Source: Giardia intestinalis
Taxonomy: Eukaryota
Assembly: GCA_000002435.2 (NCBI GenBank)
Contig: CM018789.1
Reading direction: 5' to 3' (one strand)
Length of the DNA stretch: 64,000 nt
Position numbers and translations under genes: made by a program. The notes below the pieces were generated by a model. It had not been told where the DNA came from, did not search any database, and saw nothing but the letters and a program-made list of their open reading frames with translations. Positions within the stretch are counted from its first letter, which is position 1. The number at the start of each line of letters is the position of its first letter. Positions 20,934 through 31,900 of the stretch are shown here, piece by piece.

Positions 20934-21761
20934 ATGTGTGGATTGGAAAACAACATGGAGGCCAAGCAGAGGGCGAAGCGTCTCAAGGGATACATGATAC
21001 GGTATGACAAGCTTGCAAGGCAGCGCACACGACTTATGGACCACACCGAGCGTCTCGCAGACAGCCGCGTATCCGTGGACGAAGAGACACAGACTCGGGC
21101 GTCCTCGGCCGAGACATCCTTGCATGTACTATACCTGGATGGGCATGGAAACATCTGCCCCACCGTCCCGGTGCAGCCAGGGCTGCCAAGGTGGGTGTCT
21201 CTGCGCGTGAACTCCTGTGCCTCTCTTCTTCTATCGGTTCACAACATCGTAGTCAGGTCGGAGCTTGCCGCACGCTGTGAGACTAACGACGCCGCCGATC
21301 GCATTCTTACCAGAATCCAGACAAACCACGGACCTTCCGTCCAGATCCCCAACGAGTGCATCGTGCTCTGTCCCCCGCCGCCCCTCTTTCTTGAGTCCTT
21401 GCACTATCTCCTGGTGAAACTGCAGCTCTGCACGGCGCCGGTCCCAGGTGCTGACTCCCGAGTGGTCGGCGAGGTTGCGGCCCGCCCATTTACATTCAGC
21501 AGGAATATGACACATAAGGATCGTCAGTTTACACAAATATCCGACACCTACCCAATCGTCCTCGATTCGGAGGTTGTTGGAAGCCTGTGCTTGCGACTGG
21601 AAATGCTTTCGCACGACCATACAATCGAGACCACGCGTCACTTCACGGTAGACTGCTCCAGTCTTAATAGGCCCAATCAGAAAGAAAAACGAAGACTGAT
21701 AGGCGCACAGACACAGACAACTGGATATCTCACTTCGACCTTAGAGGAAAGGCGGCTGTAA
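20934..21761 (+). CDS. Hypothetical protein (weak call)
   Basis: Longest ORF in this interval; first ATG at 20934 (alternative at 20955); no recognisable domains; a competing antisense ORF lies at 21231..21641. Confidence 0.25.
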   Translation: MCGLENNMEAKQRAKRLKGYMIRYDKLARQRTRLMDHTERLADSRVSVDEETQTRASSAETSLHVLYLDGHGNICPTVPVQPGLPRWVSLRVNSCASLLLSVHNIVVRSELAARCETNDAADRILTRIQTNHGPSVQIPNECIVLCPPPPLFLESLHYLLVKLQLCTAPVPGADSRVVGEVAARPFTFSRNMTHKDRQFTQISDTYPIVLDSEVVGSLCLRLEMLSHDHTIETTRHFTVDCSSLNRPNQKEKRRLIGAQTQTTGYLTSTLEERRL

Positions 21762-21788
21762 AGGCTATGACGGCAGAGCTATAACAGC

Positions 21789-22328
21789 TCAGGTGGAGCC
21801 GAACTCCGCTGTGAACTTCGCTATGCGCGACTTGTCAGCTTGGGAGACGCTCGACTTCACGGCTGCCTTGGCACGCAACAGGCTACTCACAGTGACATAG
21901 GGAACCGTCAGCTTATCGTTGGGAATATCCATAAAGTCTTTCTTCTCAGCGCCGGGCATGTCTGATGCTGAAACCTCGTACATGCCTGTGATCTTATTGA
22001 GGCGGAAGTAGGACACCTTCTGCAACACGCGCACGGGGTCCATGAGAGCTTCCTTGCACAATATGCTGAGGTCAGAGCCAGAGTAGTTCTCTGTTTGCTG
22101 TCCGAGCTCAGTGATATCCTCATCTGCTAGCACATTGGGCGTAGTGCCGATGCAATTCTTTATGATATTTGCTCTGGCAGCGGCGTCTGGGAGGACGATC
22201 TCGATGCGCTTCTCGAAGCGGCGGCGGATCTCCACCCAGGCCCCCTTGAACGGCAACTGTGCGGCCAATCCACGAGCAGCTTTCTGTGCAACAATCACAA
22301 GTGGGGCCTGTACACAATGCAATGAGGG
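21789..22328 (-). pseudogene. VPS4-like AAA ATPase, C-terminal fragment only
   Basis: ...VEIRRRFEKRIEIVLPDAAARANIIKNCIGTTPNVLADEDITELGQQTENYSGSDLSILCKEALMDPVRVLQKV...AKFTAEFGST aligns with the VPS4 C-terminal region from RRFEKRIYIPLP to the end. There is an in-frame stop at 22331..22329 and no Walker A/B or MIT region upstream. Confidence 0.7.
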
Positions 22329-22779
22329 TTACTTCCTCAAGGACGGCGGCTGCTATCAGACAGATAGACAGCCTGGTAAGCAGGTCTGTAGTAGTGCACA
22401 GGGAGGAACATGTCAGACGTGTGCCAACGGACTGCAGGTACAAAGTGGGGCCTGTGGGGAGTGCCACTCTACTTGTGCTACGTGCTCGACTGCAGATGAC
22501 CCTAATAAGTGTAAGACCTGTGCCACTGGGTATTACAAGACAAGCGATAATGATGGCCCGTGCATGAAGTGCTCTGAGGGGCTCGCTGGGTGCAGACAGT
22601 GCACAGCGTCATCCACCGATGCGTTCATGTGCCTCGAGATGGGCGATGGCACTGGCGACAACACCGGGGGAAGCACCAACAAGAGCAGCCTCAGCACTGG
22701 CGCCATCGCGGGGATCTCCGTCGCTGTGATTGTCGTTGTGGGGGGCCTTGTGGGCTTTCTCTGCAGGAGAGAGACGTAG
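22285..22779 (+). pseudogene. VSP / high-cysteine membrane protein-like C-terminal fragment
   Basis: CxxC-rich sequence with a GGCY motif (CTQCNEGYFLKDGGCY, CQTCANG, CATCSTADDPNKCKTCATGYYKT) and the conserved VSP transmembrane helix STGAIAGISVAVIVVVGGLVGFLC. The tail is CRRET* instead of canonical CRGKA. There is no signal peptide or N-terminal region; the 5' part of the track ORF (22111..22284) is the antisense of the VPS4 fragment. Confidence 0.65.
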
Positions 22780-23063
22780 ACTTAGATAATAAATATGTCA
22801 CATCAAGGCATCCTGTGCTCAGTGATTGTCCGACAACTGATTCCCTAAACACTGAATGGTATCTAACTGAAGGTCTCAAGAAGAGGTAAACTCACAACGG
22901 ATAACCGATAGCATCAGGAGGGGAGAACTAGGAATGCCTCTATCAAAACTGGCAGGACGAGTCCGCTGAGACAACATGGGCCGTGCCACACATTCCAAAC
23001 TATTCTGACATGTAAAAATGTGGTTTTTAATTAGTTTGTCTAATTTAAGTACTCAAGGAAGCC

Positions 23064-25088
23064 ATGAAGCACTCTAAAAGTGAGGAAGAGTTCTTATCGT
23101 GGAAGGAATTCACATCGGAGACATGTACCAAAATATATAAACTAGCTGCTGAGCACTTTTCGCGTCGGTATCTCTCCAATATGACCAGGACTGGGGATCC
23201 TCGTTTTTGGGGGAATGAAATGGAATCTATTATTTTACAAAAGCACCATAAAAACACATATGCGCTTAGCACTAATCACTGTCACGATCAACTTGCAAGA
23301 CTTTCAGATAGATTGACGCTCATGCCTGAATTTGCACGGTTTATCCTTGAGTTCATACCTGTTGCTCCATTTGATGAAGAGCTAAGAGGTCTTCGTCTTA
23401 GATGTGATGAATATACTAGACATGTCACTGACTTGCTCGCTACAGCGGAGCTAGAAGAACTCACGATTCTTTTAGGCACATGCTATCCAGTCTTTGGGAA
23501 AGACTTTTTAATGGACAGGGACGCCTTTAGCTCACAGACTCCCGACCAGCTTGAGCTATTGAAGACCAAAATGCTCGAGTACGTCACTGATACTGGTAGG
23601 TATCGTACGCTAGTCTCCAATATGCTTTTGCGGAAGGGCAGTATCTCGTGGGCTACCGTGTCTTCTAGTTGTGGAGACACGTACTATCTCCCAGGGCCTC
23701 TGTTTGGTATGGGCTTGTGTGGGATGCATGTCACGATCCAGAGTGCAACCATGGAAGACTCGCGCCTCCTTTACGATGCACTTCAACCCTTGTGTCCGGT
23801 TCTCTTGGCTCTTAGCGCATCTACTAGCGTATTGGCTGGGGTTGTTCTAGATAAGGATACGCGGACATCCTATTTGTCTGATGCCATGGACGATCGGCCA
23901 CTACATGAGCACTCTATAGGACTACCAAGACGCTATAGTGTGGCAGGAGTGTATATTGCAAATCATCCAGCAAATATCCCTCTTTTAAACGACGTATCAC
24001 CTGTTTCATCAGGGCTCAGTAGTAGATCTAGTGTCATTCAGTCTAGTGGTAATGATTCCAAAATACATGCCTACGTTCAATCTGTTATTTCACATTTTCC
24101 ATTAGTAGTTTTACGAGATTCTCTTGTCTTCCACGATGAAAGTTTTGACTCAGACTGTTGGGATCAAATACATTCGCTTTTTTGGCCGACTTGTCGTTGG
24201 AAAGTTCCCCCAATAGACTCTCTCAAAGGAAGTACGGGCTGGCGCACTGAAGTTCGTTGCATGGAGATGCAGTTCTCCATAGCAGAGAACCTTGCATACT
24301 CGGTCTTTGTGTTCCTGCTTTCAAGTGCCATTAGAGACATGGGTCTGCTATTCTACATTCCTCAGACTTTCATCTTACAGGATATGTCTTCTGCAGAAAA
24401 GCGTGACGCTGTTAATAATGAGTTGTTCTGGGTAAGAGACGTCTTCCTCGACCTACACTTCGAAAGTGTATCTGGTGCTGATCTTCAACTCGGCTCCTCA
24501 GGTATCTTTTCAGAGCAATGCAGACAAATGGCTGTAGAGATATTTTCTTCTCAAATCAGATTGGCACTGGAAAATAGACGAGCGTTTGCAACTCTAAGCT
24601 CAGCAGACGATGCTGGTACACATAGGCACACGTGGTGTCCTAAAAGCGTGTGCACGTGTTTCGAGAATAGCATTTCTGATTTTCATCTGATAAAGGTAAG
24701 TCTTAAAGAGTTTATGTGCGGGTCCGCTCGATATCCTGGGCTTCTTCCTGTACTTGCTATGTACACAGACGCATATTTTGATACTATCGCCGATCCCACA
24801 TCCCTGGATGACGTTGAATATATTCACTCTGTCATTTCATATCTTGCAGACCGTGCTGCTGGTGTTATTCCAACCTGTGCTGCAGCAGTGCGAAATCTTA
24901 TACAGAATATGCACACTCACAGAGACAATAGCTTCGCTGAAGTGTGCTCTAGTATGCTTTCAGAACCAGAGGTACAAATAGTTACCGAGTACATGCTTGG
25001 TGCTAGGCGACTATCGCTAGATGGTCTGCGAGAATACTATAGAGCCCACTCTGGTACTGTTAGTATTAGCGTTAGCACCCCCGAATGA
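23064..25088 (+). CDS. Glutamate-cysteine ligase catalytic subunit (gamma-glutamylcysteine synthetase)-like
   Basis: Matches eukaryotic GCLC along its length: N-terminal LSWKEF...[11 protein letters not shown] resembles LSWEET...[75 protein letters not shown] resembles [92 protein letters not shown] resembles [28 protein letters not shown]. Confidence 0.8.
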   Translation: [674 protein letters not shown]

Positions 25089-27597
25089 TGTTACTTGCTC
25101 TCCTTCCTATTTCTGTACCAGCCTCCATGGGGAGCATGTTGCTACTCTCGTTCCAACTGGTTGCAACCCAAACAGCTCGGCTTGAGCTTCTGGAAACACC
25201 TCGCTCGGAGTCTGTATGTACTGGAAAGGTGGCACTGATGCCAATTGATAATTGGGAGTATGTAGAGACGACACTAGCTCGCTGGTAGCTACTGCTGGCT
25301 CGACTAACACTAGCTCTCGACACTCTGCTAGCCATCGTTAAAGGAACTCTTGGGGGATCCAGGGTGGTCCCAGGCTCTAATTGCGAATAGATAGAACCAT
25401 CTGGAGATCTTGAAGCGGTGGTGCCCGGAGGCGTTACTCTTCGTTGCGGGGCCTTGGATCTACGCAAGTTATCAGCTACACTAGTTTGACTGCGTCTAGC
25501 GCATTGTAGAAACTCTTCTGAAGGATCTGGAAGCTCGTTCCGATACGACTGAGTGGCGGACTGGTTAGATCCCGAACGTAACTTCTTAGCACTTTTAGAT
25601 ATAGGTGTCCCTGTCTTCTCGTATGGAGTAATATTTATTGAAGGGGCTAAAATGGAAGATGCCGTGTACAAATCGGATGCTTCTATCGTGCTACTTAGAG
25701 AAAGCTCAAACATCATGCTGTTGTCTGGAAATCGACGACTAAAGATGGAATATGCATCATACATCTCCAGGTAGCTACTGATTAGTGCAGAAAGCTCTCC
25801 CCGAGTAAGAATGCTGTAGAGCTGAGTTGGAGTAATAGGCTTGTCGTTTATCAACTCCCAAATGCTTTCACATGGAATGGGATCGCTTGAAGAAAATGTC
25901 TCCATTAAATTAAACCCCTCTCGCCTACTCTTAAAGACTGCTCTATCGGTGGTTCCTATAGAATAGTCCATTGCTTTGTGCACTGTGCATGTTAAATAAG
26001 CAATTTCGGCGGGTCTTTGGCCAACGGTCTTCGGCTTTGAAGTTGCAAGATAATACTGCATACGATCGATCAATCCTGTCTCATAGAAGCACATGTAATA
26101 GAGGGAGTTGTCATAGGCCCCTAGTTCCAACATAGAATTGCGTATACGCGTTAGGGGGCAAAGAATCATGTTACAGTTGATGAAGCGTGCAGAGGAGGAG
26201 ACGTCTGACATGAATTCTAATAGTTCCTTACAACAGAGGCTAGCTGCTGCACCCATTATAGGAGAGTATCGCAGGACCTTGGCAGCATTTTCTGGTGACA
26301 GCCATTCTGATGTACCTCCACAACCAAGATATGCTGTGGAGTTCATCTCAGCGCGGCTGCTCTCTGAAGCAATATACATCTCCATCGCCTTTACGTGTAT
26401 GGAGTCGTATTCTGGTACATAGCTATGCACTAGGTCTCCGAGAAGGATGGCCTCCTTTAACTCTCCAAAGCAACAGAAGAACCTGGCAACAAGAACCAGG
26501 ATATAATAAACCTGTCGAAAGGAAAGCTGCTGAACTATGGTACCTGAGCAGCACTGGTACGTACTATGTAGCTCTGCTATGACCAGTTTTATTACATCAG
26601 ACATTCCTGGTATGGCCAGGGGAATAAGATCAACGATAGAGATAGATGTTTCATAGACAGTTGCAGTTTTTCTCAGGTCTTCTTCATTGTAGCGTAAAGT
26701 CTCAGCAGAAAGGGACAAGGAAAAGTAAGTTGCTATTAAGTTAATGATATCCATGACGAATGTATCATATTGGCTGTACTGTGCTATGTGCCGAGCCATG
26801 TGCGTAGCTATATCAAACACTTGGTCGTAGAAGCAGTTGAGGTCTTCTGGATACTTGCTAAACAATAACGTAAGTGACGTACATATGTTTGTCACGTGAT
26901 CACTGTGGGGAATGGGCATCTGTAACAGCTTACTTAAATAGCGAAACAAGGAATACATGAAGGTTAGAGGGACGGAGGCATCTTCTTGTAGGAGCGGAAC
27001 AACGGCACAAAACTTATCTGAGGAGAGAAGGTTGAGAAGTGGCGAGTATTGATCATGCGAAACAATGCTAAGTCCATCCTTCGGGCTGACCTCTGCAAGA
27101 GTGGTAAGTATGCTTTTAATTATTTCAAATTGAGAGTGAAGGTCTTCATATGTTTGGTATCCTAGCATAAGGCTCTTAGTCGCCTTTTCCACACCATTAG
27201 CAAAGTACCTCTGAAACTCTGCACTGGAGAGATATGCATCTCGAATGGGTTTGCTTCTCAGCATAGCACTGAAGATTGCAGGTAGCTTATCAGTAATTTG
27301 CTTTTCCTGAGATGTGGTGAATACTATACCTTCCTCGTTATACTGACCGGAAAAGGCGGCGAGAGAAAGGTTTGTGATAACATCTGGCCGTATCAATGTG
27401 GAAACAAGATGGCTAGTTGGGTTGGCCAATTCAAGGATGAAGCTATCCCTTAGTATTAATGAAAGAATTGCTCCACGGGTTTCATGCTCGTGAGACTGGT
27501 CTACGAACATGTTCGTAGAAAGCACAGACCAGTAAATACGTTGTGCCCCCAAAGGAGTATCAACGTCCCTGATAAGTTTCATAGGAGTTAGAGGCAT
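25072..27597 (-). CDS. Large hypothetical protein (842 aa from first ATG)
   Basis: Long uninterrupted ORF. The track's start at 27681 is GTG and would overlap the divergent gene at 27659, so the first ATG at 27597 is more consistent with a 61-bp divergent intergenic region. No recognisable catalytic motifs; possibly helical-repeat. Confidence 0.55.
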   Translation of the reverse strand: MPLTPMKLIRDVDTPLGAQRIYWSVLSTNMFVDQSHEHETRGAILSLILRDSFILELANPTSHLVSTLIRPDVITNLSLAAFSGQYNEEGIVFTTSQEKQITDKLPAIFSAMLRSKPIRDAYLSSAEFQRYFANGVEKATKSLMLGYQTYEDLHSQFEIIKSILTTLAEVSPKDGLSIVSHDQYSPLLNLLSSDKFCAVVPLLQEDASVPLTFMYSLFRYLSKLLQMPIPHSDHVTNICTSLTLLFSKYPEDLNCFYDQVFDIATHMARHIAQYSQYDTFVMDIINLIATYFSLSLSAETLRYNEEDLRKTATVYETSISIVDLIPLAIPGMSDVIKLVIAELHSTYQCCSGTIVQQLSFRQVYYILVLVARFFCCFGELKEAILLGDLVHSYVPEYDSIHVKAMEMYIASESSRAEMNSTAYLGCGGTSEWLSPENAAKVLRYSPIMGAAASLCCKELLEFMSDVSSSARFINCNMILCPLTRIRNSMLELGAYDNSLYYMCFYETGLIDRMQYYLATSKPKTVGQRPAEIAYLTCTVHKAMDYSIGTTDRAVFKSRREGFNLMETFSSSDPIPCESIWELINDKPITPTQLYSILTRGELSALISSYLEMYDAYSIFSRRFPDNSMMFELSLSSTIEASDLYTASSILAPSINITPYEKTGTPISKSAKKLRSGSNQSATQSYRNELPDPSEEFLQCARRSQTSVADNLRRSKAPQRRVTPPGTTASRSPDGSIYSQLEPGTTLDPPRVPLTMASRVSRASVSRASSSYQRASVVSTYSQLSIGISATFPVHTDSERGVSRSSSRAVWVATSWNESSNMLPMEAGTEIGRRASNIIRGC

Positions 27598-27658
27598 CGT
27601 GTAAAGGGACGTTAGGATTTCTTTTAAAAATCCGCGTCCTTTTGGTCGGCATTCTACG

Positions 27659-28816
27659 ATGACACAGCAGTTTCTAGCCACACAGACAGACCTAGTGAAG
27701 CCTTATGCGGAACACCCACTCATTCTTCGTTCTTTTGATGACATCTACACCCGTAAGGCCCTGCTGCACAAAGGGAGTGATGTGTCTCTATACCTCACCG
27801 TCCTGACTACATCCATGGAGCAGGTAATTTCTAAGGAGATCTACTATCAGGAAGAGAACGAAGATCTCGTCTTTGCTTTAACAGACGAGCTACGCTATAT
27901 CTCTTACATGAATAATCGGTGCTTGCAGCCGATTCTTGATGTGTTCTTCCAGAGACCTGAGAAACGTATCATTGCTGTCTATGCTTCTGTTAATGGGCTC
28001 TCTCTGAGGCAGATAATAACCTATAACACAAAACACAATGTTCGCATTTCCGAGAGTGACATGTGGCGCATAGCAGGTCAGCTAGTGAGCGTTCTTTACT
28101 ACATGCACTTCGTTCAATCTCTTCATCGACTCGTGAAGAGCGCCAATACTGATGCGTTTACTGAGAGCGCTCGTGAGGAGGATTTTGCCGTTATGTATAG
28201 ACTCTATAAAAACCGTCCGGAGAACTTCTGCAGCGATGATATTCATTATAAAAACTTTCAGCTGGAAGAGCTGGCACGCGTCTCTAATCACTTGGTTCGT
28301 GAAAAGAGCATGGAGCTCTATGAATATGCCTGTCAGATAATACCAATCTTGCACAGAGAGATTACCCCGGACAACCTGATAGTCGACAGTGCAGGCTATC
28401 TTGTACTGTGTAATGCTAATCCGTATAGAGTCCTCTCGCAAGAATACGGTCCATATGACTCTCCAGAACTGCAGAAATTTGGTATATTTTCAGAAGCAAC
28501 TGACTTGTACAGTGTAGGGCTTGTCTTGTATGAACTCTTAACCTGTCGCAAGTATCTCGAACGGTCTGTGGACTCTCACTGGTGTCCGCGCCAACTTCCA
28601 AATACCCTCTATTTTGATGGGTACTCTACACATCTTCGCAACCTGATCAGAGGACTGCTTCACCCAGATCCAGCGCTGAGGCCTCTCCTGACAGACATCA
28701 TGAGGCTACCTCGCCTAAGCGATTCATTTCGTGGTGTGGATAGCGTTGGGAAGGTTACCCCAATATACAAAAGCCTTCTTCTACATAACTACACAAATCT
28801 TGCTGCGTTCAAGTGA
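27659..28816 (+). CDS. NEK-like pseudokinase (kinase fold lacking catalytic residues)
   Basis: HREITPDNLIV corresponds to HRDLKPENIL, LCNANPY replaces DFG, DSPE replaces APE, and DLYSVGLVLYELLT matches subdomain IX. There is no GxGxxG loop or VAIK lysine. Confidence 0.65.
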   Translation: MTQQFLATQTDLVKPYAEHPLILRSFDDIYTRKALLHKGSDVSLYLTVLTTSMEQVISKEIYYQEENEDLVFALTDELRYISYMNNRCLQPILDVFFQRPEKRIIAVYASVNGLSLRQIITYNTKHNVRISESDMWRIAGQLVSVLYYMHFVQSLHRLVKSANTDAFTESAREEDFAVMYRLYKNRPENFCSDDIHYKNFQLEELARVSNHLVREKSMELYEYACQIIPILHREITPDNLIVDSAGYLVLCNANPYRVLSQEYGPYDSPELQKFGIFSEATDLYSVGLVLYELLTCRKYLERSVDSHWCPRQLPNTLYFDGYSTHLRNLIRGLLHPDPALRPLLTDIMRLPRLSDSFRGVDSVGKVTPIYKSLLLHNYTNLAAFK

Positions 28817-28950
28817 TTGATTGGTTGTGGGAGCTACAGTAAGGCAGACACATCGCAGCCAGCATAACCTTCTGACTGAAATAGAACAGTACTTAGCAGT
28901 GGTTGTAACATTGTATTTTCCTCATCCAATAACGAACCATCACTTACTTC

Positions 28951-31900
28951 TTATTGGTCGCTTTCGATGCTTGTGAGATTCTTCACAGCCACATTTTTGA
29001 CATTCTTCACTCGGGCAGCAAATGAAAGTGTTGAGAGAGTCTCATAGAGTAAATTTGGAAGCGGAGATATATTTGCAAACAGAAGCGTCTTGCTATTATT
29101 GCCGAGCGACTGCTGAAGGATCATCGTTAGCTTGTTATTTCTGTACGGTACATAGCTTGCAACTTTCTTCCTCGAAAGGGCTGCAATGACATCCCCGAGT
29201 GCACAAAGAGACGTGTTAATGTGCTGGGCCTCCTTAAGACGTAGCCCATTACTGTGGGATTTTGTTACATTCTCACTGCCAGCCAGGTCAGCAAATGTCA
29301 GTACCGAGCGTGCAGTTCTGGTTCCTTTTGCTGTTTCGCGGTATGAGGTAATCTCGATTAAGAACACAGTATGTGAACGAGAAGACAGAGAGTTGAGCTT
29401 TGTTGCCGCAATATGCCTCCTTTCAAGGCCGTACCCGAGATAGCCGACTAGCTCCTCTGCGCTTGCCACAGTCTTGTAAGAGAGATTTTGTATGTATGTT
29501 TCCCCCTTAGCGGTTTGTCGAACGACCAGTTTATCAGAGTTGAAGCTCGGAAGCTGTGTCCGGGTGTCATCCTCTGTATGCAGCAGGTCAAGGATATTAT
29601 CAAGGTAGTGCTCAATCATCGCACATCTGAGTTCATATCGTTGGGATTGGGATGTGTCAGCCTCAATAAGATTGAATAGTTCTACAATCGAGCGAGGCAA
29701 AAGTCCAAGCCTTTCATATGGATTTTTCTCCTCAGGATCCTTTTGCATGGACATCACAACACTCTCAGCAACAGCCGTTTCAGAGTCGTCTCCTATGAGC
29801 GTAAATGTCTTTCCGCTCCCCGTGCAGCCATATGCCAATACACAGACATTATAGCCGTCAATAACCGACTTTAGAAGGTGGGACATGTCATGAAATACAT
29901 CCTCCTGGGTCTTTGTTTCGTCTAGAATCTTATAGAAGTCAAAACTATAATTCTCTTGAGAAGCCACGCCATACGGAAGCTTGAGCTGCAGCGTATGCTC
30001 ATCCTTAAAAATGAAGGCGTTGCGATAATTAAAGGATCTGAATTTCGATGTCTTTAGCTCTTCCTTTTCATGCTGCAACATCGGACGCATGCGCACAATT
30101 ACTCTTATGCTTCCTTTCATCTCTTCGAGAGTGTTGTGTAAGGTTTTTCGTTGTTTGTTTTCTACAACCATCAATCCCTGCAATCTGGTGTATTCCCGTT
30201 GAAACATACCGTAGTCCAAACTTATTTCTGCGCTTTTCCGCACATCTGGTGTGAAGGTTGGCGTCTTGGAGAGGGCGTAAGACAGCTTGTTCTGAATATC
30301 GGCAAGACTGGTTCTTGATTCTTCTAAGGCTTGTGTCATATTACTATGCTCTATGTTTGCTATCTCGATTTCAATGTCGAAAAACGTGTCCATGAGAGAG
30401 TATACCTCCAGGTTCTGAAGAATCTCTGTTAGCTCTGCTCGCTCGGCTTCTATTTGCTGTTTAATGGTCTGGATAGCAAGGAGTGATGAATTCTGTTGGG
30501 ACTTGGTGATCCCAAGAACCTTAGCAGACGGTGGACGTGGGGGCCCGTCACTCTGCCTAGGTCTGATAGTTGTTGGTGTCGTATTGGATGATCGTCGTGC
30601 TACATCATTGACATCCAACTCGATGCTCTCGTCTGTAGTGAGAGTACCGAATGTATCTCTGGTGGCTTTGGTTGTGTCAAGGTGAGACTCTGACGTTGGC
30701 GGTGGCTGGTGTGTGGCAGTGTTGCTTGAGCTTCTGGCCAAGTCGCGTGCATTTCTCAACTGTTCTACCTCTAACTTCAGTGCAGCTAACTCCTCATCGT
30801 ACTTGTGTTTGAACAGGCTCCAATCAGACATGGGTGCTTCTTGAAATTGGTTACAGAGCTTCTTAGATCCCTGTAGCGTATGTGCCGACAATACAGACTC
30901 ATCAACTACTGCATTGCTAGTGGGAGTAGAGGCAATAGTTCTCTTAATAGTGTCCATCTCCTGCTTGATTAAGGTAACCTGCTCCTGTAATTCCGAAACT
31001 AGTGCAAGCTCCTCAGTTAGATGAGGTTGCTTCTGTGAGGCATGGTCTCTTGTCATATTTTGTACTGATATATTTTCCACTAGTTGTATATCAGCGCGCG
31101 AATCATCATTCATTTGTCGTAATAGCTCAATATCGTCCTCGGTAAATGAGGGATAGTCACTGTCATTTGCCACTTTGCTCTCTGCAGTGGTCTCTTCCAT
31201 CTCACTGTCAGCTAATCGTGCATGTGGTGTCAACTCAGGCTTTTCAAGGAGACCCCCTTTAGATGCACTCAGAATTGATTGATGCAGTTGCAGGTCGACT
31301 ACAGATGGCTGGGGCACAGTTATCTTTGTTGTTTTTGCCGGAAATTCTGGCTGAGTGGACGCATACATCCGATCACTCCCGTGCAAGTCAGTCAAAGAAA
31401 TACGACTCGTGGTAAGTTCCTTTGTCTTTGTATAATGATTAGTAGCCGGAATCAGGGGCGGAGAATCAGTGGGAGAGTAAGATTCTCCCTTGGGGGGACA
31501 GGGTTCGTAATTGCTATTAGAAAGGCGCTTTCTGGGAGAAACCGTAACAGCACCAGACTGGTGGGGAGACTTTTGAGGAGTCTGCGGCTTTTGTGGCTGA
31601 CTTCTCTTCTTGGTGGATTTTGCACTCTGCATTTTGGGGTAGCTCACGGGTGGCTCGAAGTAAGACGATTTGATAACTGAGCGGGTTGATGATGTCTTGC
31701 ATGTCTTCTGCTGGCTAGAGCTACGCCCTGCTGCCTTCACAACAATACTCTTCACTGAGTCATCGCGTAGAGATGAGGTGGAGCTGTTGCACAGACCAAT
31801 ACTCTGAGTGGTAGATCTCTTGTCTGTACTACCTCGTTGGATTCTTGGACTAGATCTTGTGCAGTCTTTGGTGGGGATTGTGAAGTGCCGGGTAGCTGCA

